Shown here: positions 20,514 to 29,325 of the stretch, in pieces
How positions within the stretch are numbered: position 1 is the first letter of the stretch
How the letters are laid out: each line of letters begins with the position of its first letter
DNA from: an uncultured virus (IMG/VR IMGVR_UViG_3300027963_005142)
Taxonomy: Duplodnaviria; Heunggongvirae; Uroviricota; Caudoviricetes
Strand: one strand, 5' to 3'
Virus record (IMG/VR): IMGVR_UViG_3300027963_005142
Length of the DNA stretch: 64,000 nucleotides
Notes under the pieces: generated by a model
The model's database searches: none
The model's input: only the letters and a program-made list of their open reading frames with translations
Told to the model about the DNA's origin: nothing
Position numbers and translations under genes: made by a program

Positions 20514-20709
20514 CTCAGAAGATGTGCCGCTTTTTTGCCCTGTTTGTGACTATGCAATGAACGTTGAAAAAGATTTGGACCATTTTGTCTTAAGTGGCGC
20601 ATGTTTTGAGTGCACCATTGACTATTTCGAGAAAAATAGAGACATGTGGAAAGCAGGTTGGCGTCCAGACCTAAAAGCTTCTGCAAAACAGAATACTTAT
20701 TGTTCATGA
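20500..20709 (+). CDS. Small Zn-finger protein
   Basis: CPVC...CFEC; upstream GAGGT SD-like sequence. Confidence 0.55.
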   Translation: MSEHNSEDVPLFCPVCDYAMNVEKDLDHFVLSGACFECTIDYFEKNRDMWKAGWRPDLKASAKQNTYCS

Positions 20710-21086
20710 AAGCGTCCACTATTCAAACACTAGGCCAGCTCACAGACACTTCATTTGGTTATAGCTCAACCTCTGGGAATGCAAGCGAGTCAATAAAGGT
20801 GGCGCTTCAGGGCGAAACCATGACAGTTCGCTTTGCTACCATAGTTCACATGGTCTCAGATAGGCCAACCCAGGATCAGATGGGAAACTATGAAAATGAA
20901 GCAACTCAGAAGATTAAGTCGTATGTGACAAAGCTTAAGAAGGATTTTGAGAAAGCAGCAGGATATAAGCTCAAGACAAAGCAGATTAACTTTGACACGT
21001 CTATCGAGCTAATGACCATGTCCGCTTATTCTCCTCGGAAGATTGCATGCTATAGAGCATCGGCAGTCTTCTCAGTTGAAGAATGA
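20706..21086 (+). CDS. Hypothetical protein upstream of terminase
   Basis: ATG at 20706 overlaps the upstream stop (ATGA) and is preferred to the track start at 20646; preceded by TACTTA motif. Confidence 0.55.
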   Translation: MKASTIQTLGQLTDTSFGYSSTSGNASESIKVALQGETMTVRFATIVHMVSDRPTQDQMGNYENEATQKIKSYVTKLKKDFEKAAGYKLKTKQINFDTSIELMTMSAYSPRKIACYRASAVFSVEE

Positions 21087-22675
21087 TCACATCTAAGCAA
21101 AAGCAGATTGCTGAAATTGTCCGTTGCGGCAAGGATCCTTCGTACTTTTTTAACACCTATGTAAAGATCCAGCATCCTACGAGAGGAACCATACCTTTCA
21201 AGACCTATTCGTTCCAGGATGACTGCGTCCAGGACTTTATAGATCACAGGTTTACTATTGTTGTCAAGGGTAGGCAGCTTGGACTATCAACTCTAGTCGC
21301 AGCATACTCAGTCTGGATGGCGCTCTTTCACAAGGACAAGAACATCCTGATCATTGCAACAAAGCTGGGAGTTGCACAGAACTTTATTAAGAAGTCCAAG
21401 ACCATCATTGCCAACCTCCCAGAGTGGATGGTCCTCTCTCCAATAGTGACGAACAACCGTCAGCTTTTAGAGTTAGGAAACGGTTCTTCAATTAAGGCCA
21501 TTCCAACGTCAGATGATGCAGGTCGCTCTGAAGCACTGTCGCTTCTGATTGTTGACGAGGCAGCTTTCGTTAGAGACTTTGACACTCTGTGGACAGGTCT
21601 GTATCCTACACTGTCAACTGGTGGCCGAGCAATTATTCTTTCGACTCCGAACGGAGTTGGTGGACAGTACTACAAGCTTTTCACAGACGCTGAAGCGGGA
21701 CTGAATGAGTTTAAGTCTATTCGCCTGAACTGGGATGTCCACCCTGAGAGGGACCAAGAGTGGTTCGAGAAGGAAACGAGAAATCTAACTCAAAGGGAGA
21801 TCGCGCAGGAGTACCTCTGTGACTTTGCTGCCTCGGGAGAGACCTTTCTAGGAGATCAAGACATTGAGTGGCTTAGGAATCTTGTTCGCCCTCCTGTTGA
21901 AAAGCAGGGATTCGATAGAAATGTCTGGGTGTGGGAATATCCAAAGCCAGGTCACAACTATGTTATCAGCGCTGATGTCTCAAGAGGCGATGGAAAGGAT
22001 TACTCTACGTTTCACATCTGTGATAGCACGTCGGGAGAGGTTGTAGCAGAGTATAAAGGGAAAATCTCTCCTGACAGATTTGGCGACATGCTTGTTGAGT
22101 TTGGAACAAAGTATAACGAAGCACAATTGTGCCCAGAGAACAACAGCTTCGGATACTCAACAATGGTAAGAATTAAAGATCTCAATTACAAGAAGGTCTA
22201 CAGCACGAAAGGGCGTGGAGCCTTTCTTGGTGGCTATGTTCCGGATCTTGAAGCCGATTCAATGGGTTTTAACACGAACTCCAAGACTCGACCTCTAATA
22301 CTGAACAAGCTCGAAGAGACACTCAGGAACAAGAGATTAAAGATCTACTCTTCAAGATTCTACGAAGAACTAAAGACCTTTGTGTGGAATGATAACAAAG
22401 TTCAAGCCATGAAAGGTGAAAACGACGACCTTGTAATGTCTCTTGCAATTGGTTGCTGGCTATTTGATTCAGATTCTGACAATACTGATCAACGTGCGCT
22501 TGCCGCTGCCATGATCGGAGCAATGTCAAAGAAGTCCGCCACATTTGACGGAGCTTCAACTCAGGTCATCGGCAACGACCACCAAAAGAAAGTTGCAAAT
22601 AAGCGAGATCTTGTTTCTAATCACGGACAGAACGGTACATTTAATCGTGAGTACCTTTGGGTCCTCAGAGGCTAA
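21083..22675 (+). CDS. terL: Terminase large subunit (T4 gp17-like)
   Basis: YSFQ, KGRQLGLST Walker A, LIVDEAAF Walker B, STPNG coupling motif, ADVSRG and DDLVM nuclease motifs. Confidence 0.93.
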   Translation: MITSKQKQIAEIVRCGKDPSYFFNTYVKIQHPTRGTIPFKTYSFQDDCVQDFIDHRFTIVVKGRQLGLSTLVAAYSVWMALFHKDKNILIIATKLGVAQNFIKKSKTIIANLPEWMVLSPIVTNNRQLLELGNGSSIKAIPTSDDAGRSEALSLLIVDEAAFVRDFDTLWTGLYPTLSTGGRAIILSTPNGVGGQYYKLFTDAEAGLNEFKSIRLNWDVHPERDQEWFEKETRNLTQREIAQEYLCDFAASGETFLGDQDIEWLRNLVRPPVEKQGFDRNVWVWEYPKPGHNYVISADVSRGDGKDYSTFHICDSTSGEVVAEYKGKISPDRFGDMLVEFGTKYNEAQLCPENNSFGYSTMVRIKDLNYKKVYSTKGRGAFLGGYVPDLEADSMGFNTNSKTRPLILNKLEETLRNKRLKIYSSRFYEELKTFVWNDNKVQAMKGENDDLVMSLAIGCWLFDSDSDNTDQRALAAAMIGAMSKKSATFDGASTQVIGNDHQKKVANKRDLVSNHGQNGTFNREYLWVLRG

Positions 22676-22678
22676 AAA

Positions 22679-24595
22679 ATGGCAAATCAAGATGAAAATC
22701 TCTTTGGCAGACTTACGAAGCTATTTCGTAGCGGTCCCGTAATAAAGAGAAGAGTTAAAGAATACGTTCCATCTCAGAAAAACTTATCTGCTTTCGAGAC
22801 CTTTAGAAAGACTCAAAGCCAGGTGTACTCCACAGCTATGAGTGCTTATGGCACTTACGATAGGCTGGCAAGATATTCTGACTTCCAAGAGATGGAATAC
22901 ACACCTGAGATCGCTTCAGCGCTCGACATCTACGCTGAGGAGACAGTATCTCCGGACGACAAAGGAAACTGTGTTCACATCTACTCAGACAATCCCGTTA
23001 TTAGAAAACTCCTGCAGGAGCTGTTCTATGACACCTTGAATGTTAACTTCAACTTGACTTCATGGGTCAGAAATATGTGCAAATACGGAGATTTCTTTCT
23101 GTTTAACGATGTCTCTCCTGAGCAGGGCGTCATCAACGTCTACCCGATGCCTGTGAACGAAGTTGAAAGAGAGGAAGGATTCGACAAAGACGACCCGCTT
23201 GCTGTTAGATACAGATGGACAACTCAGGGAAACCAGGTCCTTGAGAACTGGCAGGTTTCACACTTTAGAATTCTTGGAAATGATGCATTTCTTCCATACG
23301 GATCTTCAGTTCTTGAAGCTGCAAGAAGAGTATGGCGTCAGCTAATTCTTGTTGAAGATGCGATGCTGGTGTACAGAATCGTTAGAGCACCAGATAGACG
23401 TGTCTTCTACATTGACGTAGGTAATGTACCTCCTGATGAGATTGCAAACTACATGGAGCAAGCTCAGTCGCAGCTCAAGAAGAACCAGGTCGTAGATAGG
23501 ACAACAGGAAGAGTCGATCTTAGATACAACCCGCTTTCTGTTGACGAAGACTACTTTATCCCTATCAGGGGCGCGCAGACAGGAACAAAGATTGACAACC
23601 TAACAGGCGGTCAGAATGCTGCTGCGATTGAAGATGTTACCTACATTCAGAAAAAGCTGTTTGCTGCTCTCAAGATTCCTAAAGCGTTCCTTGGATACGA
23701 CGAAGGACTCGGCGCAAAGGCGACACTGTCACAAGAAGATATACGCTTTTCAAGAACGATCGCAAGGATACAGAGAACAGTCATCTCTGAACTGAACAAG
23801 GTCGCCATCATCCATTTGCACTGCAACGGGTTTGAAGGAGAGGATCTTCTTGACTTCGATCTTAAGCTTACAAATCCTTCTTCCATTGCACAGCAGCAGA
23901 AGCTTGAATTATTCACAACTAGATTTACAATAGCAAGCTCAGCTCTTCAGGTTCCCGGATTCGTAGACAGAAGATGGGTTAGAAAAAATATCTTTGCAAT
24001 GCAAGACGAAGAGATCGAGGCTATTGAGAAGGGTCTCATTAGAGACAAGCTATCAGATCTAAAAGTTGAATCTGTTAAGCTTCCTGAGGGTGATTCTTCA
24101 GATCTATCTGGTGCTCCCGCTTCTGCAGGTGCAGAAGGTGGATCGCTTTCTGAGAAAGATCGAAACAAGAAAGACTCAATCGATGACGAGATAGACCTTT
24201 CAGGTCTTTCAATAAACGATGAATACGCACCCATCAGAGCGCAGAACATAGTTGACAGATTTGCTCCCAAGGTCATCACTGAGAAGACAGAGATGGGACC
24301 TGATTTTGCGAAGAGAGAGCTCCGTAATAAGAAGCGCAGAAGAATTGATACAGGAATGTCTGACCATGGTCGAATGACTTCTCACGATAGAAAGAACCAG
24401 TCAGACAGTATTGCTCATCCTTTTGGTTCAAAGAAAGACATCATTAATCCTATGAAAGACGCTCACAAGGATCTTATGAAGTTTGAAACAGAGGATCACT
24501 CAGAGACCAGCATGGTTGAGATAGATAGCATTGTCAGATCTTTGCGCTCTAGTTTTAACAAATCTCCAAGCACAAAAAGCGAGGAGGAGACCTAA
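22679..24595 (+). CDS. Portal protein (T4 gp20-like)
   Basis: EDAMLVYRIVRAPDRRVFYIDVGN, EDYFIP and LKIPK motifs; follows terL. Confidence 0.93.
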   Translation: MANQDENLFGRLTKLFRSGPVIKRRVKEYVPSQKNLSAFETFRKTQSQVYSTAMSAYGTYDRLARYSDFQEMEYTPEIASALDIYAEETVSPDDKGNCVHIYSDNPVIRKLLQELFYDTLNVNFNLTSWVRNMCKYGDFFLFNDVSPEQGVINVYPMPVNEVEREEGFDKDDPLAVRYRWTTQGNQVLENWQVSHFRILGNDAFLPYGSSVLEAARRVWRQLILVEDAMLVYRIVRAPDRRVFYIDVGNVPPDEIANYMEQAQSQLKKNQVVDRTTGRVDLRYNPLSVDEDYFIPIRGAQTGTKIDNLTGGQNAAAIEDVTYIQKKLFAALKIPKAFLGYDEGLGAKATLSQEDIRFSRTIARIQRTVISELNKVAIIHLHCNGFEGEDLLDFDLKLTNPSSIAQQQKLELFTTRFTIASSALQVPGFVDRRWVRKNIFAMQDEEIEAIEKGLIRDKLSDLKVESVKLPEGDSSDLSGAPASAGAEGGSLSEKDRNKKDSIDDEIDLSGLSINDEYAPIRAQNIVDRFAPKVITEKTEMGPDFAKRELRNKKRRRIDTGMSDHGRMTSHDRKNQSDSIAHPFGSKKDIINPMKDAHKDLMKFETEDHSETSMVEIDSIVRSLRSSFNKSPSTKSEEET

Positions 24596-25443
24596 TGAAC
24601 AGCTTTGCACATAACAAAAAGAGAAACATTGGAATCGTCTACGAGCTCCTTCTGAGGGCAGTCTCTGCTGCGCTCGTTGAAGGTGACAAGAAGAGAGCAG
24701 AGAAAGCTCTTTCAATACTTGAGACCCACTTCAAGAGAGACTCTGAGATCTTCAAAGAGTTTAGAGTCTTCAAGGCTGTAACACAGTCTTCCTTGAAGGA
24801 TGTTTCTCACGCTTCTTCGATCATCTCAGAATCAAGAGCAGCCATTCGTAGAATAGATCACAAGAAATCAGAAAGAGAGAAGTCTCTTCTTATAAGAGAC
24901 ATAAATCACAATCTTTCAGATCCTGACTTCTACAACAGAAGGATACCAAACTACAGGGCACTCGCTCTGGTTCAGACAGTCATGGCTGAGTGGAAACAGG
25001 TAGACGGATCTGATCTTTCTAGAATGATCTCTCTAGAGTCGCAGGTTATTGACTATCTTACAGAGTCAAAATCTCAGATGAAAGACGTTGAAGTCAAAGC
25101 AGGAGACAACGTAGACTCGCTAGTCGTCAAGATAATGAACGAGAAGTTCAATAGACGGTGGGGAGACAGGCTATCTCCTGCTCAGAGAGAGCTACTCAAT
25201 AGCTACATCACAATGACTGATGGAAGTCGAGAAGGCTTTGTTAGAAACGCACGAGCAATCAAAGAGGCAGCCATTAAATCAATAGATCTTGCGTGCCAGA
25301 AGACAGACAATGTAATACTGAAGGAAGGCTCAAGTAGAGTTAGAAATCAGATTGAGTCTCTAAACGTAGAAGAGGTCAATGACGACCTTGCTATGCGACT
25401 TTTGACATTGACTTCACTCGTGCAGGAGGTTTCTTCGATATGA
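24595..25443 (+). CDS. Hypothetical head-cluster protein
   Basis: 282-aa helical ORF coupled (TAATG, ATGA) between portal and protease. Confidence 0.6.
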   Translation: MNSFAHNKKRNIGIVYELLLRAVSAALVEGDKKRAEKALSILETHFKRDSEIFKEFRVFKAVTQSSLKDVSHASSIISESRAAIRRIDHKKSEREKSLLIRDINHNLSDPDFYNRRIPNYRALALVQTVMAEWKQVDGSDLSRMISLESQVIDYLTESKSQMKDVEVKAGDNVDSLVVKIMNEKFNRRWGDRLSPAQRELLNSYITMTDGSREGFVRNARAIKEAAIKSIDLACQKTDNVILKEGSSRVRNQIESLNVEEVNDDLAMRLLTLTSLVQEVSSI

Positions 25444-26048
25444 GCACAGAACAAGTTCTTTTAACTGAGTGGTTCCCACTCAGCATCAACCCAGGCATGA
25501 TCAAGGAGCAAAGCAACAGAGAGGGTGGAAAGGTTACTCTCCGAGGCGTCCTCCAGCGTGCTGAAACGATCAACCAGAACGGCCGAATCTATCCGCTTCC
25601 AATTCTCTCAAGAGAGATCATCAACTACCAGAAGTTCATTCGTGAGAATCGTGCGCTTGGTGAGTGCGATCATCCTGATACAGCAGTTGTTGAGCTTAAG
25701 AATGTATCTCACATTGTTCGTGATGCCCGGATGGAAGGAGACGTTTGTGTCGGTACGGTCGAACTTCTTAATACTCCGAGCGGAAAGATATTGCAGTCTC
25801 TAATTGAGAGCGGAGTCACACTTGGAATCTCTTCTAGAGGTGTAGGTTCAACACGTAAGCAAGGTGATGCTTTGATCGTGCAGGAAGATTTTCAGCTTAT
25901 CTGCTTCGACATAGTCTCAGAACCCTCGACTCCTGGAGCTTTCATGATGAATGAGGGAAGAGTCGTCAAGCCCGCAGACATAAACAGAGCATTTGATTCT
26001 TCTGACCGTATCAATAGGCTCTTCAACGATATTATCTCTTGGAGGTAA
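25440..26048 (+). CDS. Prohead core protease (T4 gp21-like)
   Basis: NQNGRIY, LGECDHP, VSH, GISSRG and FDIVSEPS motifs. Confidence 0.92.
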   Translation: MSTEQVLLTEWFPLSINPGMIKEQSNREGGKVTLRGVLQRAETINQNGRIYPLPILSREIINYQKFIRENRALGECDHPDTAVVELKNVSHIVRDARMEGDVCVGTVELLNTPSGKILQSLIESGVTLGISSRGVGSTRKQGDALIVQEDFQLICFDIVSEPSTPGAFMMNEGRVVKPADINRAFDSSDRINRLFNDIISWR

Positions 26049-26049
26049 T

Positions 26050-26520
26050 ATGCGGCTTTCAAAAGAAGATCTAAAGACTCTGATCAAGGAATGCCTTGTC
26101 GAGATATTGACTGAGCAGCCTGTCAACGAGTCCAAGTCTCGCCAAACAGTCTCTCAGCCTCAGACTAGACAGCAGGCGTTTGTAGATCCTGGACTTCAGC
26201 GCCGGCGAGCGCATCTAGAGTCCATCCAGGTCGGACAGAAGGCTCAGCCTGCCGCGCCAGATCGCGCCAGAGTCACTCAAAACGAGATCAAGAATATAAC
26301 TAGCGACCCGATTCTTCAGAGCATCTTCGCTGATACAGCAATGAGATTGACAGAGGCTCCTGAGCCGACAAACAACGGTAGGGTCACACATGAGCAAGCA
26401 ATAATGACTGCAGGAGATACTGCATCTAAGGCCATGCTCAATGCAGATCCCCTAGATATCTTTGATAGCGCATCAAAATGGGCTGATCTAGCATTTTCTG
26501 AGCCTATTCGTAGAGTTTAA
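26050..26520 (+). CDS. Hypothetical head-associated protein
   Basis: ATG at 26050 after GGAGGT; N-terminal LKTLIKECLVEILTE resembles prohead-targeting leaders. Confidence 0.6.
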   Translation: MRLSKEDLKTLIKECLVEILTEQPVNESKSRQTVSQPQTRQQAFVDPGLQRRRAHLESIQVGQKAQPAAPDRARVTQNEIKNITSDPILQSIFADTAMRLTEAPEPTNNGRVTHEQAIMTAGDTASKAMLNADPLDIFDSASKWADLAFSEPIRRV

Positions 26521-26557
26521 CTGTAGCATTATATTTAAGAAAAGGAGTCTAAATAAC

Positions 26558-26875
26558 ATGGCAAAGAAACTTACACCTGAGTTGCTTCGTAGGATCGTTC
26601 TCGAGGAGAAGGCCAAGATCGAGGCTAAGCACGGTCTTGCATCCAAGGAGAGCAAGAAGGCAATGAGAGAGATGGACCTTGAGGCCGACGAGGTTGAAGA
26701 GGGCTGGGCCGGAGCACAGAAGACCAATGGAATGAAGCCAGATGCAGGTCACAAGGCAGGCAAGGTTACCGGATACTCACCTGCTGAGAAAGCCAAGCTT
26801 GAGGAGAGCGAGCAGCTTCTTCTCCGCCGCCTGCGCATCATTCGTGAGCGCAAGGCTGCTCTAAACCGTAGATAA
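26558..26875 (+). CDS. Small charged head-associated protein
   Basis: AAGGAG SD; LLRRIVLEE leader; preceded by TATTTA motif. Confidence 0.6.
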   Translation: MAKKLTPELLRRIVLEEKAKIEAKHGLASKESKKAMREMDLEADEVEEGWAGAQKTNGMKPDAGHKAGKVTGYSPAEKAKLEESEQLLLRRLRIIRERKAALNRR

Positions 26876-26892
26876 TATAAAAAGGAGTAAAA

Positions 26893-27411
26893 ATGGCTGC
26901 AATCACACATAGAGTCGCTACTGTAAAGCCCTGGGGAGGCCCAAGGTTTGGCGGCCTTGGTGCGAGAAATGACTCCAATCTGCAAGCCATTTTCTCTAGC
27001 TCTCCGTTGTTCAACGAGTACAACGAAGAGACTGTTTTGAACGCCGGGACCGCAGCCTTCAATGGAGCAGGCGGTCCCGGCGATTCAATACCAAACATCG
27101 GAGTCACGGCTGGCGTTGTTGTTGATGACGGAACTTTTGGTTCTGTCAACCTTAACTTTGTTGATTCTCCAAATCCCGCTGATGTCCTCACCGGCGGCGG
27201 CGGATTGCCTGCATCTTCCTACGTTCCAAATTTGAATTCTGCAAAAGTTGGCAGCATATCTCCTGCAGATCAAGATCCTTACATTGGAGCGCTTCCTGTT
27301 GCGAACAACGAATATGGAAGAGGACCTGGTACCGGACTTACGCCTGATGCGTCAGCAAGAGCCATATCTTCTCAAAAGATAGGAAGCCTCATTAAAGGCA
27401 CTTCTTCGTAA
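26893..27411 (+). CDS. Gly/Pro-rich hypothetical virion protein
   Basis: Strong AAGGAG SD; 172 aa. Confidence 0.6.
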   Translation: MAAITHRVATVKPWGGPRFGGLGARNDSNLQAIFSSSPLFNEYNEETVLNAGTAAFNGAGGPGDSIPNIGVTAGVVVDDGTFGSVNLNFVDSPNPADVLTGGGGLPASSYVPNLNSAKVGSISPADQDPYIGALPVANNEYGRGPGTGLTPDASARAISSQKIGSLIKGTSS

Positions 27412-27950
27412 TGATTGACAGAAGATCGTTCGGTGCAGCTCACGATAGACGCACCGATGCGGGATACGGCAGGACTTCTCTACGCAATGACAATCCTCGT
27501 CCTTACGACAATATGTTTCCCTATACGACGCCTCCGAGGTTTGTCGAGGATGATGATGAGCAGGAAGACTATGATGTCGCTTCTCACATCCAGGCGAAGA
27601 TAGACGGACCTGCCAGATCTCACCATATGCTCCGCGGAAGATCCGATATGAGATCTTTTGTTAAAGGATCTCTGATGGAAGAGATGACGCCTGTCAAGGG
27701 AATTGTCCCTTTTCCATTTAGAAAGCTCTATGGAAGATTTATGGGGCATGCGGTCGGAGGTTCTGACACGAGAGCCGGGTACACGACTGCGCCAGGCAGG
27801 CTCATTGGTATGACAAAATTTACCAATGGTAGATCTGTTGAAGTACCCCAGTTTACAATGAACAGGATTCAAGATCTTATGGATCCTGGCAATAGAGCGC
27901 TAGTTAGAAACAAGCTAAGAATAAAAGCAGTTTCTGAGAGCGACTTGTAG
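27411..27950 (+). CDS. Hypothetical protein
   Basis: TAATG-coupled to the upstream gene; 179 aa. Confidence 0.55.
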   Translation: MIDRRSFGAAHDRRTDAGYGRTSLRNDNPRPYDNMFPYTTPPRFVEDDDEQEDYDVASHIQAKIDGPARSHHMLRGRSDMRSFVKGSLMEEMTPVKGIVPFPFRKLYGRFMGHAVGGSDTRAGYTTAPGRLIGMTKFTNGRSVEVPQFTMNRIQDLMDPGNRALVRNKLRIKAVSESDL

Positions 27951-27975
27951 CCTATATTTAAGGAAGTGGTGAAAA

Positions 27976-29298
27976 ATGTCCAAGACACTTTTTGAAGAAG
28001 CGATTACTGATGCAAGGCATCTTAGAGAGGCTGCTGAGGAGAATGCCAAGAAGGCAATTGTCGAGGCGGTCACACCCAGGATAAGAGATTTTATTGAGCA
28101 GCACCTTGTTGGTGGCACTGCCAGCAAAGGTGACTTTCTTTCTGAGGCTTTTGACCTTGACGAAGAAGAGGCAGAGAAAGACGAGGATATGATGAAGGAG
28201 GAAGACGAAGACGTCGACCTTGATGCAGATGCTCTTCAAGAGCTTGCTTCACTTCTTGCTCCTAAGCCTGCTAATCTACAGAAAGAGACTTCTGCAGCAC
28301 TAGATCAGCTTACAGAAGATGAGAAGTCAAAACTTTTTAGTATACTTAAACTACAGGAAGAAAAGGAGAACGCTGTGTCAAAAGAGACGTACTACGAAAT
28401 CGATCTCGATGAGCTCCGGAGCAACGTCCAGAGCGCACTAAAGACATCAAAGTCTTTGAACGAGAGCACATCTGATGACGACGTCTTCGAGATCAGCGAT
28501 GCCGATCTTAAGCGTATGCTTGCTGAAGATATTAAGATCACGGGTCTTCCAAAAGACATTGAGAAGAAGCTCAAGGATGATGACATCCAGCTTTCTGCAT
28601 TCATCGAGACTGAGGATGAAGAAGCTGAGGATGAAGAGGCTGAACTTGGTGAGCCTGAGGCTGAGGAGGCACCTCCCGAAGAGGAGACGCCTGTCGAGCC
28701 CACGGGTGCAACAGATGAAGTCTACGAGATTGACGAGAGCATTCTTCGCAGAGAGCTCATGAGACTCCGCGGCATTAACGAGGGACGCAAATCCAAGAAG
28801 TCAGCTGAAGCCGCAAAGTCTCGAAAGAAGTCCATCGATGCAGCTGCCAAAGCCTTTGGTGATGGCACAGTCACTGAGATGGAAGAGATTGAAATGAACA
28901 AACTTGCAATGGAAGCACGCAATAATCGTGCTCTTGAAAATAAGCTCAATGAATACAGAAGTGCAGTTCAAACACTTCGTGGGCAACTTAGCGAGATGAA
29001 CCTCTTCAACTGCAAACTGCTATACGTCAACAAGATCCTCCAGAACAAAGAGGTCACGTCATCACAGAGACGTACCATCATCGAGGCTCTTGACGGTGCA
29101 AAGAGCATTAGAGAGGCTAAGCTCCTCTATGAAAGCTTGTCTGCTTCACTCACCAAGGAGAACACAAGCTCCTTGAATGAGTCGATAGGCAGACTCAGTC
29201 CCGGATCCTCATCACGCACGACAGGAACAGCATCGCCCCGTAGCACGGATATGCCAGATGTTGATCGCTGGGCGCGTCTTGCAGGAATTAACAAGTAA
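27976..29298 (+). CDS. Prohead scaffold/core protein (T4 gp22-like role)
   Basis: Highly acidic, coiled-coil-like, directly upstream of the capsid gene, with many L/I-x-E sites. Confidence 0.75.
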   Translation: MSKTLFEEAITDARHLREAAEENAKKAIVEAVTPRIRDFIEQHLVGGTASKGDFLSEAFDLDEEEAEKDEDMMKEEDEDVDLDADALQELASLLAPKPANLQKETSAALDQLTEDEKSKLFSILKLQEEKENAVSKETYYEIDLDELRSNVQSALKTSKSLNESTSDDDVFEISDADLKRMLAEDIKITGLPKDIEKKLKDDDIQLSAFIETEDEEAEDEEAELGEPEAEEAPPEEETPVEPTGATDEVYEIDESILRRELMRLRGINEGRKSKKSAEAAKSRKKSIDAAAKAFGDGTVTEMEEIEMNKLAMEARNNRALENKLNEYRSAVQTLRGQLSEMNLFNCKLLYVNKILQNKEVTSSQRRTIIEALDGAKSIREAKLLYESLSASLTKENTSSLNESIGRLSPGSSSRTTGTASPRSTDMPDVDRWARLAGINK

Positions 29299-29325
29299 CA
29301 CTCTGTATTTCTATTAGGAGAAAAA

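Noticed and set aside
20706..21086. Terminase small subunit call
   Set aside because: Only its position supports this; no recognisable motif.
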